Source: Vulcanimicrobiota bacterium
Lineage (GTDB): Bacteria > Vulcanimicrobiota > Vulcanimicrobiia > Vulcanimicrobiales > Vulcanimicrobiaceae
Reading direction: 5' to 3'
NCBI GenBank assembly: GCA_963812155.1
Contig: CAWETW010000002.1
Span: 128,001-192,000 of the forward strand
Length of the DNA: 64,000 bases
In this document: piece after piece, positions 10,739 to 20,865 of the stretch
Position numbering within the stretch: the first letter of the stretch is position 1
How the letters are laid out: each line of letters begins with the position of its first letter
Translations under genes and position numbers: made by a program
Notes under the pieces: generated by a model
What the model was told of the DNA's origin: nothing
The model's input: the letters and a program-made list of their open reading frames with translations, nothing else
The model's database searches: none

Positions 10739-13700
10739 ATGAAGCGCTTCTTCGCCGTTCTGGCCGCGACGTCGTTCTTATCGATTCCGATTGCCGCGCC
10801 GGCGGCCGCCCGCCCGCCCGCACAGCAATTAATGGGCAAACTGCGCTGGCGTAACATCGGACCCTTCATCGGCGGGCGCGCCGTCGCGGTCGCGGGCGTG
10901 CCGGGCCGGCCGAACCTCTTCTACTTCGGCGGCGTTGAAGGCGGCGTCTGGAGAAGCACCGATTACGGCCAACACTGGGCCAACCTGACCGACGGCAAGA
11001 TTCCGGGCGTGGCCAATCCGATCGGCGCGCTGGCGGTGGCGCCTTCGAACTCGAACGTCATTTACGCGGGAACCGGCGAATCGGATATTCGCAGCGACTT
11101 CGACAGCGGCGACGGCATTTACAAAAGCACCGACGCCGGCAAAACGTGGGCGTACGCCGGTCTCCGCGACACGCGCATGACGGCCGATATGGCGATCGAT
11201 CCCGCGCGATCCCAACGTCGTCTACGTCGCGTCCATGGGACACGTCTTCAAGCCGAATGCGAATCGCGGCGTCTTCAAGACGACCGACGGCGGAAAAACG
11301 TGGCGTAAGATTCTTTTCGTCGACGAGAACACCGGCGGCGTTTCGCTCTCGATGAATCCCCGCGATCCGCGCGTCGTCTACGCCGCGACGTGGCAGGCGC
11401 AGCGCGTTCCGTGGAAGCTCAGCAGCGGCGGTCCGGGAAGCGCGCTCTACAAGACGACCGACGGCGGCGTTCACTGGAAGAAGATTTCGGCGAATCCGGG
11501 TTTCGCGCGCGGCGAGTTGGGGAAGATCGGCGTGTCCGTCGCTGCGAGCGATCCGCGCATCGTCTACGCGATCGTGCAGGCGCACGACGGAGGCGTTTTC
11601 CGTTCGAACGACGCCGGCGCGACGTGGAAGCGCGTCAATGCCGAGATGAAACTGCGCCAGCGCGCCTTCTACTACACGGCGATCTACGTGGATCCGAACA
11701 ACCCGCAGATCGCGTACGCGCCGCAAGTCGACGGCGTGTACCGCACCAAAAACGGGGGCAAGACGTTCGCCGAACTCGATACGCCGCACGGCGACAACCA
11801 CATCGTCTGGATCAATCCGCGCAACTCGAACGTCGTTCTCGTCGGCAACGACGGCGGCGGCACCGTGACGGTCGACGACGGCGATCACTGGAGTTCCGAA
11901 AACAACCAGCCGACGGGACAGTACTACCACGTCGCGCTCGACGATCAGTTTCCGTTTCACGTCTTCGGCGCCGCGCAGGACGAAGGCGCCTACGAAGGTG
12001 CGAGCGCCTCGATCGGCGGCATCCGCCGCGGCGACTGGCACGAAGTCGCGCTCGGCGAGAGCACGTTCGTCGCGCCCGAACCGGGCGATCCGGCAGTGAC
12101 CTACGGCAGCGGATACTACAGTTCGTTCGTGCGCCTCGACCGCCTCACCGGCAGCGCCAAGAACGTGAGCCCGTGGCCGCGCTACATGTCGGGCGCGTCG
12201 TCGAGCGCCACCAAATACCGCTTCGGATGGACGCATCCGATCTTCTTCTCTCCCGCCGATCCGCACGAACTGCTCGTTGCCGCGCAAGTCGTTTTCTCGA
12301 GCCTCGATCACGGACGCACTTGGAGCGTTCTCAGTCCGGATCTCACGCGTAACGACCCCGGCACCGAGGGAGCGACGGGCGGACCGATCGACAACGACCA
12401 AACCGGTGCGGAAACCTATCCCGACATTTCGTCACTTGCAGTATCGCCGCTCGATGCGGGCGTGCTGTGGGCCGGGTCGGCCGACGGATTGGTGCACGTA
12501 ACGAAGGATCACGGCGCTCACTGGACCGCCGTCACGCCGCCCCAGTTGCCGCAATGGGCCCAAATCAGTTCGATCGAGCCTTCCCACACGGACAAAGGGA
12601 GTGCGTATCTCAGCGCATCCCGCTACATGTGGGACGACTACCATCCATACGTCTACGCGACGACCGATTACGGCGCGCATTGGACGCCGCTTGCGAACGG
12701 GCTTCCGGCCGACCAATACGTGTTTGCCGTCCGGCAAGATCCGCGCGAACCGCGATTGCTTTTCGCCGGTACGCGCAGCACGGCGTACGTCAGCCTCGAC
12801 GGCGGTGCGCAGTGGCAGCCGTTGACGCTGAATCTGCCCGGCGTGCAGGTGCGCGACCTCGCCGTGGACGCACGCGAAGGTGAGGTCGTTGCCGCCACGC
12901 ACGGGCGCGCATTCTGGATTCTCGACGACCTCGCGCTTCTCGAACAGCTGGCGCGTCAATCGTCCTATTCCGTTTCGAACGTGCAGCTCTTCACGCCCGA
13001 GTCGGCCTGGCTCACCAACTCCTACGGAACGGGTCTATTCGAAAGCGACAACACCGGAGAAAATCCCGAGTACGGCGCGTCGGTCTTCTTCAACTTGCCG
13101 CCGGACTACAACGGCCGCACGCCCGCAACCCTGACGTTCTACGACGCGTCGGGAGCCGTCGTACGCGCGTTCGCGCTGCACCTCAAGCCGAAAAAAGAAA
13201 CGGAACTGACGCCCGAGCAAGAGGCAAACCTCGACGCAGCACAACAGCGGGCGCGTCAACTCGCCGAGCTGACGGCGGTGCAGCCGGGTACGAACGCTTT
13301 CCGGTGGGATTTACGCTACACGCCGGGCTACGATTTCCCGGGATTTCGAGCGCAGTATACCGACGATTTCCTCGACACTTCCGACGGGCCGACCGTGCTT
13401 CCGGGCAAGTACGACGCGGTGCTGCAGTATGGCACGCAAAAACTCGACGTCCCCGTGACGGTGCAACTCGATCCGCGCCTGCATCCGGCTCCCGGCGACC
13501 TTCAGGCGCGGTTGGCACTCGAAATGCAGATTCTTGCCACGATCGATAGTCTCGACCGGACGATCTCCGCTGCGATGACGGCCGCCTCGCGAAAGCCGGC
13601 AGCGCAACGCACGCAGATCGATGCCGGGATCGCCGACCTCGTGCAGCTCGACATCCACTCGAGCGAAGCCGACGTCCTGCATCCGACGCAGATCCGCGAG

Positions 13701-13835
13701 CAGCTCGCGTTCTTGATGAACTCGCTCGAGGGCGCATACGCGCGCCCGACCGCCGCCGAATACGCAACCTATTCGGATCTCAAAACGCTGGCGGAGACCG
13801 GTGAAGCCAAACTGAAAGCGCTCGCTTCGCCGTAA
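10739..13835 (+). CDS. Secreted VPS10/BNR-repeat glycosyl hydrolase-like protein; +1 frameshift at ~11202
   Basis: Signal peptide, LRWRNIGP..GGR, many (S/T)xDxGxTW Asp-box repeats; removing one C at 11201-11203 gives AIDPRDPNVVYVASMGH. Confidence 0.85.
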
Positions 13836-13914
13836 CCGTAGGACCGCAGCCACAAGGGCGCTGCCAGGAACGCGTGCGCTATCTGCGAAGATTCCGTTCA
13901 AAGGAGGGCTTTGC

Positions 13915-14487
13915 ATGATGCCCCGGATTTTTCGTATGTACGGCGCTCTCGCAGCGCTCGCGTTGACGCTCGTAACCGCCGCGCCGGCGCCGGCCGCTCC
14001 GGCAGTCGAAGGCACGCCGATTCCCACGTCGCCGAAACCGGACTTTTCCCAGATGCGATTCCTGGTCGGCACGTGGACGTGCAGCGATCTGAGTTCGCGG
14101 CGACCGGGCCCGTTCACGACGACCGAAGTCTATTCGATGGATCCGTCCGGCTACTGGATGCTGCGCGAGTCGACGGTTCACAAAGCGTCGTGGATTCCGC
14201 GTGATTTCCGCTTTGACACCAAATACACGTACGATACCTACGCGAAGGTATGGGTTCGCATCGTCACCGACGACCGCGGCAATTTTACCGTCGCGACCGC
14301 ACCACATGCCGCCAACTCCAAAAAGACGTACACGTACATCCTTCAGAGCAAAGCGCCGGACATCGCTGCCTACGCGCCGGAAGTCTTTACGAAGGTCAGC
14401 GATACGAAAAAGACGATGACGACGTCGTTCACCGAGACGTCGGGGAGGGTTGTTCGGGTCAGCGAGACCTGCACGAAGGACTCGTAG
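13915..14487 (+). CDS. Secreted hypothetical beta-barrel protein (FLVGTWTC motif)
   Basis: AAGGAGG RBS; signal peptide. Confidence 0.75.
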   Translation: MMPRIFRMYGALAALALTLVTAAPAPAAPAVEGTPIPTSPKPDFSQMRFLVGTWTCSDLSSRRPGPFTTTEVYSMDPSGYWMLRESTVHKASWIPRDFRFDTKYTYDTYAKVWVRIVTDDRGNFTVATAPHAANSKKTYTYILQSKAPDIAAYAPEVFTKVSDTKKTMTTSFTETSGRVVRVSETCTKDS

Positions 14488-14491
14488 CCCG

Positions 14492-15739
14492 CTAAGAAAT
14501 CCGGCAGCGAGCCGCGCGTTCGCACAGCAGCGTTCGCTCGCGCTCGTTGCCGGTCAACCTCGCAGCACGCTCGAACTCGGCGCACGCTTCGGCGAAACGC
14601 CCGAGGCGTTCCAGAAACTCCGCGCGCACGGCAGGCAGCAGGTGATACTCCCTCAGCACCGCCTCACCGCGTAACGCGTCGGCTCGGTCGAGCCCCGCCT
14701 GAGGCCCGTACGCCATGCCGGCAGCGACGGCGCGATTGAGATCGACGACGGCCGTCGGCTTCACTTCGGCCAGCGCGTCGTACAGCGATGCAATTTGCAT
14801 CCAATCGGTCTGCTCGAACGTCGCCGCCCGCGCGTGGCAGGCGGCGATCGCCGCCTGAAGCGCATAGGGTCCGTCTCCGGCGATCGCTTGCGCGCGCTCG
14901 AGAGCCCGCAGACCATGCGCAACGAGCACGCGATCCCAGCGCGTGCGATCCTGATTGGCCAGCAAAACCGGATTGCCGCGTTCGTCGACCCGGGCGTTCG
15001 CCCGCGACGCCTGCAGTTCCATCAACGCGACCAACCCGTGGGTTTCCGCCTCGAACGGCATCAGCCCGGCAAGCACGCGACCGACGCGCATGGCTTCGTC
15101 GCACAAATCCGGACGCAGCACGTCGCGTCCCGACGACGCCGCATAGCCTTCGTTAAAGATGAGATACACGATCTCGAGTACCGACGACAACCGATCGCGC
15201 CGCTCCGCCTCGCTCGGGAGTTCGAACGGGACGCGGGCGTGCGCGAGCGTGCGTTTGGCGCGCACGATACGCTGCGCGACGGTGGCTTCGGAAGTGAGAA
15301 ACGCGCGCGCGATCTCGGTCGTCGTGAGTCCGCCGAGCAAGCGCAGCGTGAGCGCGGCCCGTGCCTCGCGCGAGAGCACGGGGTGGCAGGCGATGAAGGC
15401 GAGCCGCAAGAGATCGTCGTCAATCTCGCGGTCGACCGCGTCGTAACCGGACTCGAGGGTAGCGGTCTCCATCTCGCTTGACGGTACTGCCTGCACGCGC
15501 ACCGGGCCGTTCTCGCGGCGTAAACGATCGATGGCCCGGCGCTTGGCCACGGCGTGCAGCCAAGCACCGGGATTTCGCGGAATGCCTTCTGCCGGCCATT
15601 GTGCGAGTGCGGCGACGAATGCGTCTTGCGCGAGCTCTTCAGCCGTGCCGAGGTCGCGCACGATGCGCATCAGCGATGCGACGAGCCTCGGCGATTCGAT
15701 GCGCCAGATCGCTTCCAGCCGCTCGTTATCGAGATTCAA
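14492..15739 (-). CDS. ECF sigma factor with C-terminal TPR-like extension (ECF42-type)
   Basis: AEELAQDAF, NPGAWL, DDLLRLAFIACHP, AQRIVRAK, YLIFNEGY; overlaps a DGPF gene. Confidence 0.9.
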   Translation of the reverse strand: MNLDNERLEAIWRIESPRLVASLMRIVRDLGTAEELAQDAFVAALAQWPAEGIPRNPGAWLHAVAKRRAIDRLRRENGPVRVQAVPSSEMETATLESGYDAVDREIDDDLLRLAFIACHPVLSREARAALTLRLLGGLTTTEIARAFLTSEATVAQRIVRAKRTLAHARVPFELPSEAERRDRLSSVLEIVYLIFNEGYAASSGRDVLRPDLCDEAMRVGRVLAGLMPFEAETHGLVALMELQASRANARVDERGNPVLLANQDRTRWDRVLVAHGLRALERAQAIAGDGPYALQAAIAACHARAATFEQTDWMQIASLYDALAEVKPTAVVDLNRAVAAGMAYGPQAGLDRADALRGEAVLREYHLLPAVRAEFLERLGRFAEACAEFERAARLTGNERERTLLCERAARCRIS

Positions 15740-16136
15740 TATCCGCCTGAATGCGTTGCTGCTGTTCGCGGAGTTCCGGCCCGGGCGAAAAGTCCTCCAT
15801 TTCGAAAACCTGTCGCAGCTCGATCTCGAAACCACCCTCGAACGGCGCGCGCGACATCCATTCGATCGCCTCGGCCTTCGAGCGCGTTTGAATCAGCCAA
15901 TATCCGGCAATCAGTTCCTTCGTCTCGGCAAACGGGCCATCGGTCACGGTTGTCCTGCCGTCCGCGAATTTGATGCGCGCGCCTTTACTGCTCGGCTGCA
16001 GCCCTTCGCCCGCGAGCATCACGCCGGCTTTGGCCAACTCCTCGTTGAATTTGCCCATTTCCGCCAGCTCTTCGTGCGTGGGAAGAACGCCCGCCTCGCT
16101 TTGCGGCGTAGCCTTGACGATCACCATGAAACGCAT
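15726..16136 (-). CDS. YciI/DGPF family protein
   Basis: TDGPFAETKELIAGYW; GAGGAG RBS. Confidence 0.92.
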   Translation of the reverse strand: MRFMVIVKATPQSEAGVLPTHEELAEMGKFNEELAKAGVMLAGEGLQPSSKGARIKFADGRTTVTDGPFAETKELIAGYWLIQTRSKAEAIEWMSRAPFEGGFEIELRQVFEMEDFSPGPELREQQQRIQADIESR

Positions 16137-16174
16137 GTGGTCTCCTCTCATTCGAACTGCGTCCTACCCGGTAC

Positions 16175-16201
16175 GTCGAACCGGCGAGGCGAAATTCGAC
16201 A
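16175..16201 (-). promoter_or_regulatory. ECF42-type promoter TGTCGA-N17-CGAC
   Basis: Matches the reported ECF42 consensus (-35 TGTCGA, -10 CG(A/T)C) just upstream of the DGPF-sigma pair. Confidence 0.75.
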
Positions 16202-16302
16202 CGGCGACCAAGAAATTTCTCGATTCAGCCGTGCCGCTAGATTCGAGCGGTGAGGGACTGCCCTCGCGCGAATCGCTGCCCAAAACGACGGAGGGACGAT
16301 GT

Positions 16303-18069
16303 ATGTGCGGAGTCTGCACGGGTGATGCCTTTGGGCTTCGGAATTTTTATCGAACCGATATGACGCGCGCGGGCTTTCTCGCCGCTTCGGCCGCCGCGGC
16401 TGGAGTCGCGGCGGCCGGCCTTCCGAATCCGGCGCGAGCGGCAGAGGCCGCGACGATCTTTTACGGTGGGCCAATCGTCACGATGGACGATCGGGTCCGC
16501 TCGGCTGCCGCGGTGGCGATCTCTGGAATGAGGATCGTCGCCGTCGGTGACCTGGACGCGGTCACGAGCGCGGCCGGTCCGGGCGCGCGGCGCGTGAATC
16601 TCGACGGCAGAACGCTCATGCCCGGATTGATCGATCCCCATCAGCACCCGATTCCCGGCGGCATCATGCTCACGCAGATGTTAAACGTGGGATACGATGC
16701 GTATAAAGACAAGGCCGGCGTGATCGGCGCGCTCAAAGCAAAAGCATCGCAACTTCCGGCGGGCCAGTGGATTTACGCAGCCTACTACGATAACGTTCTC
16801 CAGGGCGGTGACCTGACGCTCGCCGAGCTCGATGCCGTCTCGACCGAACACCCGATCTTCGTCTACTACGTCAGCATGCATTCGGCAACGGGCAACACCG
16901 CGGCGTTCAAAATCGCCGGCGTGACCGCGTCGACCGGCGATTTGCCCGGCGGCGGTCACTTCGGAAAAGACTCCGCCGGCAATCTCAACGGCATGATCTT
17001 CGAGCCGCCGGCGCTCGTAAAATTCATGGCGGGAATGCCGAAATTGACGATGGAACTGGTGTCGAGTGCGGTGACGAAGTTTCTCTATCAGAGCGCCGCG
17101 CTGGGCATCACGATGGTGCACGAGGCCGGCGCTTACGCGCCGACGCCCGATGCACTCGAAGGTTACAAAGCGGTCATGACCGACTCGCCGGTGCGCTACA
17201 GTGCCAGCCCTGCCGTCGAGTTTTTGAAGGCAGCGAATTCGTTCGTCGCACCGTACGGGAAGCCCGGCGCGCGGGCGTTGGAGATCCCCGGCACTTTGCT
17301 GTCATTCTACGCGGTAAAGATCGTCTCGGACGGATCGCCGCAGCAGCTCACGGCGTTTCAAATGGAGCCATACCTCAACAGCACCTCGACCGGGCTTGCC
17401 AATTACACGGCCGACGAATTGAATGCCCTGGTCGCGCAAGTAAAAGCGAGCGGGTGGCCGGTCTCGATCCACTGCAACGGCGATGCCTCGCTGGAACGCG
17501 CGCTCGATGCGATCGAGACTGCCTATGGCCCGAATTCACCCGTAGAAGGCATCAACCGCATCGAACATTGCACGCTCGCCAATGCGGATCAAATCGCCCG
17601 CATGAAGCGCATGGGCGTTCAGCCGAGCCACCTCATGAACAACCTGTACTACTACGGCGCGGCGTATCGGGACCACATTTTCGGGGCGCCGCGCGCGGAA
17701 CGCTTCAATCCGGCGCACTCCTTCCTCGCAGCTGGTATTCCTTTTACGATTCATAGCGACTGTCCGTGCTCGCCCATCGCACCACTGCGCGAGATCGGCA
17801 CCGCCGTAACGCGCGTCTGCGCGACCGACGGATCCGTCGTAGGCGCGGCCGAAGGGGTGCCCTTGGAAGCGGCCCTTGCAGGCATGACGACGACGGCGGC
17901 GGCGCAGTGCGGTCTCGGCGATAAAACCGGCTCGCTGACTGCAGGTAAGTATGCAGACCTCGTGCTGCTCGAAAGCAACCCACTCTCGACCGATCCGGCA
18001 AAGCTCGGCGACATTCGCGTCTCCGAGACCTGGGTAAACGGGAAGAAAGTCGTCGTGCCGAACGCGTAG
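16303..18069 (+). CDS. YtcJ-like metal-dependent amidohydrolase, probably exported
   Basis: PGLIDPHQH, IHCNGD, RIEH, HSD, GKYADLV; N-terminal MCxxC and Tat-like TRAGFL. Confidence 0.9.
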   Translation: MCGVCTGDAFGLRNFYRTDMTRAGFLAASAAAAGVAAAGLPNPARAAEAATIFYGGPIVTMDDRVRSAAAVAISGMRIVAVGDLDAVTSAAGPGARRVNLDGRTLMPGLIDPHQHPIPGGIMLTQMLNVGYDAYKDKAGVIGALKAKASQLPAGQWIYAAYYDNVLQGGDLTLAELDAVSTEHPIFVYYVSMHSATGNTAAFKIAGVTASTGDLPGGGHFGKDSAGNLNGMIFEPPALVKFMAGMPKLTMELVSSAVTKFLYQSAALGITMVHEAGAYAPTPDALEGYKAVMTDSPVRYSASPAVEFLKAANSFVAPYGKPGARALEIPGTLLSFYAVKIVSDGSPQQLTAFQMEPYLNSTSTGLANYTADELNALVAQVKASGWPVSIHCNGDASLERALDAIETAYGPNSPVEGINRIEHCTLANADQIARMKRMGVQPSHLMNNLYYYGAAYRDHIFGAPRAERFNPAHSFLAAGIPFTIHSDCPCSPIAPLREIGTAVTRVCATDGSVVGAAEGVPLEAALAGMTTTAAAQCGLGDKTGSLTAGKYADLVLLESNPLSTDPAKLGDIRVSETWVNGKKVVVPNA

Positions 18070-18080
18070 CGTTCGGGCGT

Positions 18081-18572
18081 TTACGCGTTGTAGACGCGGC
18101 GCAGCTCGTCGATATCGAGCTTGCCCATTTGCAGCATCGCGCGCATCGCACGTTGCGATCGCTCTTCGTCGCCGCCGCCGAGCACGTCGCGCAGTCCCTG
18201 CGGAACCAAATTCCACGAGAAGCCGAAGCGATCGGCGACCCACCCGCACGGCAGTTGGGTGCCGCCCTCGGAGAGCTTGTCCCACAGCGCGTCGAGTTCT
18301 GCTTGCGTCTCGCAACTGACGAAGAGCGCGATTTTCCCTTGCGAGAATTCTTCGGCGGACGGCTCCGATGATTCCGACGGCGCGTTGATCGCCATAAACT
18401 CTTGGCCGTCGAGCTCAAACTCGATCGTCATGACCGAGCCGGCCGGCCCGGGCCCCGCGTCGCCGTAGCGCGACGTATCGGTAATTCGCGAATTCTTGAA
18501 TATCGAAACGTAATAGTCGACCGCCTCTTCGGCTTGTCCGGCGAACCACAGGAACGGCGTAATGCTCGGCAT
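18081..18572 (-). CDS. VOC/PhnB-like (3-dmu-9 3-mt family) protein
   Basis: ITPFLWF..QAEEAVDYYVSIF, CGWVADRFGFSW, MLQMGKLDI. Confidence 0.9.
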   Translation of the reverse strand: MPSITPFLWFAGQAEEAVDYYVSIFKNSRITDTSRYGDAGPGPAGSVMTIEFELDGQEFMAINAPSESSEPSAEEFSQGKIALFVSCETQAELDALWDKLSEGGTQLPCGWVADRFGFSWNLVPQGLRDVLGGGDEERSQRAMRAMLQMGKLDIDELRRVYNA

Positions 18573-18720
18573 GAGCGTCAGCCTACGCCGCGCGGCCGGA
18601 CGGTCCTGTTGAAGCGGCGACACCGATGCCGTCAGGCCGCACAAGGATTCTCGATGACGTAGCGTGCGCCGGAATGCGCTCGCCAGGTCGTCGCCCGGCC
18701 TGTCCGAACCTATCCGCGGT

Positions 18721-20115
18721 ATGCCGCCGTCCGTTGCGCGTTTTACGCCGGCGATCGCGATCCTCGCGATTGCGCTTGCAATCGCCTCGTGTTCGAACAC
18801 CGTCGTAACCCCTGCGCTCTCGACGTCGCCGCCGCGCGGTTCTTTTCAGGCGCAGTGGCTGCTCGTGAGCGACGTGCATTTCACGCCGTTCGACGATCCG
18901 AGTCTTTTACCGCAGTTGATCGCGGCGCCCGCGTCGGACTGGCACGCGATTTTGGCGACGTCCCAGCGGCCGCCGAGCCCATACTTCAGCGACTCGAACT
19001 ACGCACTGTTTTCTTCCGCGCTTCGAGCGATGCAGGCGACGCTTCCCAATCCGCCGGTGGTCATCGTCGCCGGCGACGCCATGGGCCATCATTTTTCGGA
19101 ACAGTTTGCACAACTGGCGCCGAGCCAATCCCAAGCCGTCTACAAACGGTTCGTCGACAAAACGATTGCCTTTTTGGCTCTGGAGTTCGAAGCGGTTTTT
19201 CCGCACTCGCAGTTTTTGATCGCGCTCGGAAATAACGACGGCTACTGCGGCAACTACATGAGCACGCCGGCCAGCCCGTTTCTAGCGCACATGGCTTCGG
19301 CCTGGGAACCGCTGGTGAACCGCAACGGCCGAGCTCCGCGGTTCGTACGGGATTTCTCGAAAGCCGGCTACTATCAAGCATCGCTGCCGCTGGGCGGCTC
19401 CATGCCGGCGATCGTGATGAACAGCATCTTTTGGTCGTCGCTCTACGAAAACACATGCGGCAAACCCGGCGCCGACCCCGGTACGACGGAACTCAACTGG
19501 TTGAGCCGTGCGCTCGCCGCAGCGCCATCGCCGGCGTTGCTGCTGACCCACATTCCGCCCGGCATCGACGAATTCGCTTCGATCAATAACAACGGCGCGA
19601 CGCCGCTCTACAAGGAAACCTACACCGAGCGGCTGTTGCGCGTGCTGTCAAGACGCAGCTCCAATGTCCGCGCGCTCGTCTTAGGCCACATCCATCATGC
19701 AACGTTCGAGATCGTCCCGGTGGGGAACGGCCACGTAGGTGCGCTCGGCATCCCGTCCATTAGTCCGAATCAAGGCAACAATCCGGCCTTCGTCGTCGCC
19801 CTTTTCAGTCCATCGCAACCGGCAATCGTAGACACGACGACCTACGCCTTACCGCTCGCAACGATGCAAGGGTGGTCCGAACTCTACGCCTTCAACGCGG
19901 CCTACGGGCTTGAGGGCTACGACGCCTCCAACCTGCTGACGCTGCAATCCGCGCTCTCTGCGGATCCGGCCGTCCGTACCACGTTCTTTGCGAACTACAA
20001 CTCCGGCAGCACGACCGCGACGCCAGATCCGTCGAAGTGGCCGTGGTACTGGTGCGGACATACGAATCTCACGCCGAAATCGTACTCGAACTGCGTGCAG
20101 GACACGCCGCCGTAA
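18721..20115 (+). CDS. Acid sphingomyelinase-like metallophosphoesterase lipoprotein
   Basis: Lipobox IASC; SDVH, GD, LGNND, THIP, GHIH. Confidence 0.85.
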   Translation: MPPSVARFTPAIAILAIALAIASCSNTVVTPALSTSPPRGSFQAQWLLVSDVHFTPFDDPSLLPQLIAAPASDWHAILATSQRPPSPYFSDSNYALFSSALRAMQATLPNPPVVIVAGDAMGHHFSEQFAQLAPSQSQAVYKRFVDKTIAFLALEFEAVFPHSQFLIALGNNDGYCGNYMSTPASPFLAHMASAWEPLVNRNGRAPRFVRDFSKAGYYQASLPLGGSMPAIVMNSIFWSSLYENTCGKPGADPGTTELNWLSRALAAAPSPALLLTHIPPGIDEFASINNNGATPLYKETYTERLLRVLSRRSSNVRALVLGHIHHATFEIVPVGNGHVGALGIPSISPNQGNNPAFVVALFSPSQPAIVDTTTYALPLATMQGWSELYAFNAAYGLEGYDASNLLTLQSALSADPAVRTTFFANYNSGSTTATPDPSKWPWYWCGHTNLTPKSYSNCVQDTPP

Positions 20116-20230
20116 TTTTCCGGATCACCATGGCTATGTAAGGGTCTGCTGCGTCGATAGGGGAAACAAGCTTGAATCGCTTCTGCACCGTGATGTCGTA
20201 CGGTCGCAGCACGATTCGCAAAGGAGATGC

Positions 20231-20862
20231 ATGAACGTATTCGTTGGCGCGCCGGGTCGCGAGTTTCTCGGATCGAGCGAGATTTTCATCATCCTGTTCG
20301 TAACCTTGGGGCCGATCAATTTCATCAATCTTTTCGCTCGCATGGCGGCCGGCCTCGACGCAAAGGCGGTTGCCGGGCTTGCGGTAAGAAGTACGTTGCT
20401 TGCAACGGTCGCCATCGTATTCTCAGGGATTGTCGGGAGTTTCATGCTGGAGAAATGGAAAATCTCGGTCCCGGCGATCGCTCTCACGGGGGCGATCGTG
20501 CTGTTCGTTGCGGCCATGAGGGCGATTCTCGCCTTATACGGCGATGCGGCGCCGAACGCGGCGAGCGCCGGCTCGCGACGACGCCGTCGCAACTGGTGTT
20601 CCCGAACATCGCCACGCCGTACGGAATCGCGGCACTCATCGTTCTCTTGACGCTGGCTCCCGACGGCGCGAAGCAGATCTATCTCGTCGTGCTCGCGGTC
20701 ATGCTGATCAGCTTGATCATGATGATCTTCGTCAAGCCTCTCATGCGCGTGTTGGGCGTTCCTCTGGGACTGCTCGGCACGTTAGTATCGGTACTTCAAA
20801 TAGCGCTCAGCATTCAATTTGCGTTTTTCGCCGTTCGCACTCTGCTTGCAAAGGGCATCTGA
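20231..20862 (+). CDS. MarC family membrane protein, frameshifted at ~20570
   Basis: FIILFVTLGP, KWKISVPAIALTG, then VFPNIATPYGIAALIV in another frame; AAGGAG RBS. Confidence 0.8.
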
Positions 20863-20865
20863 GAG

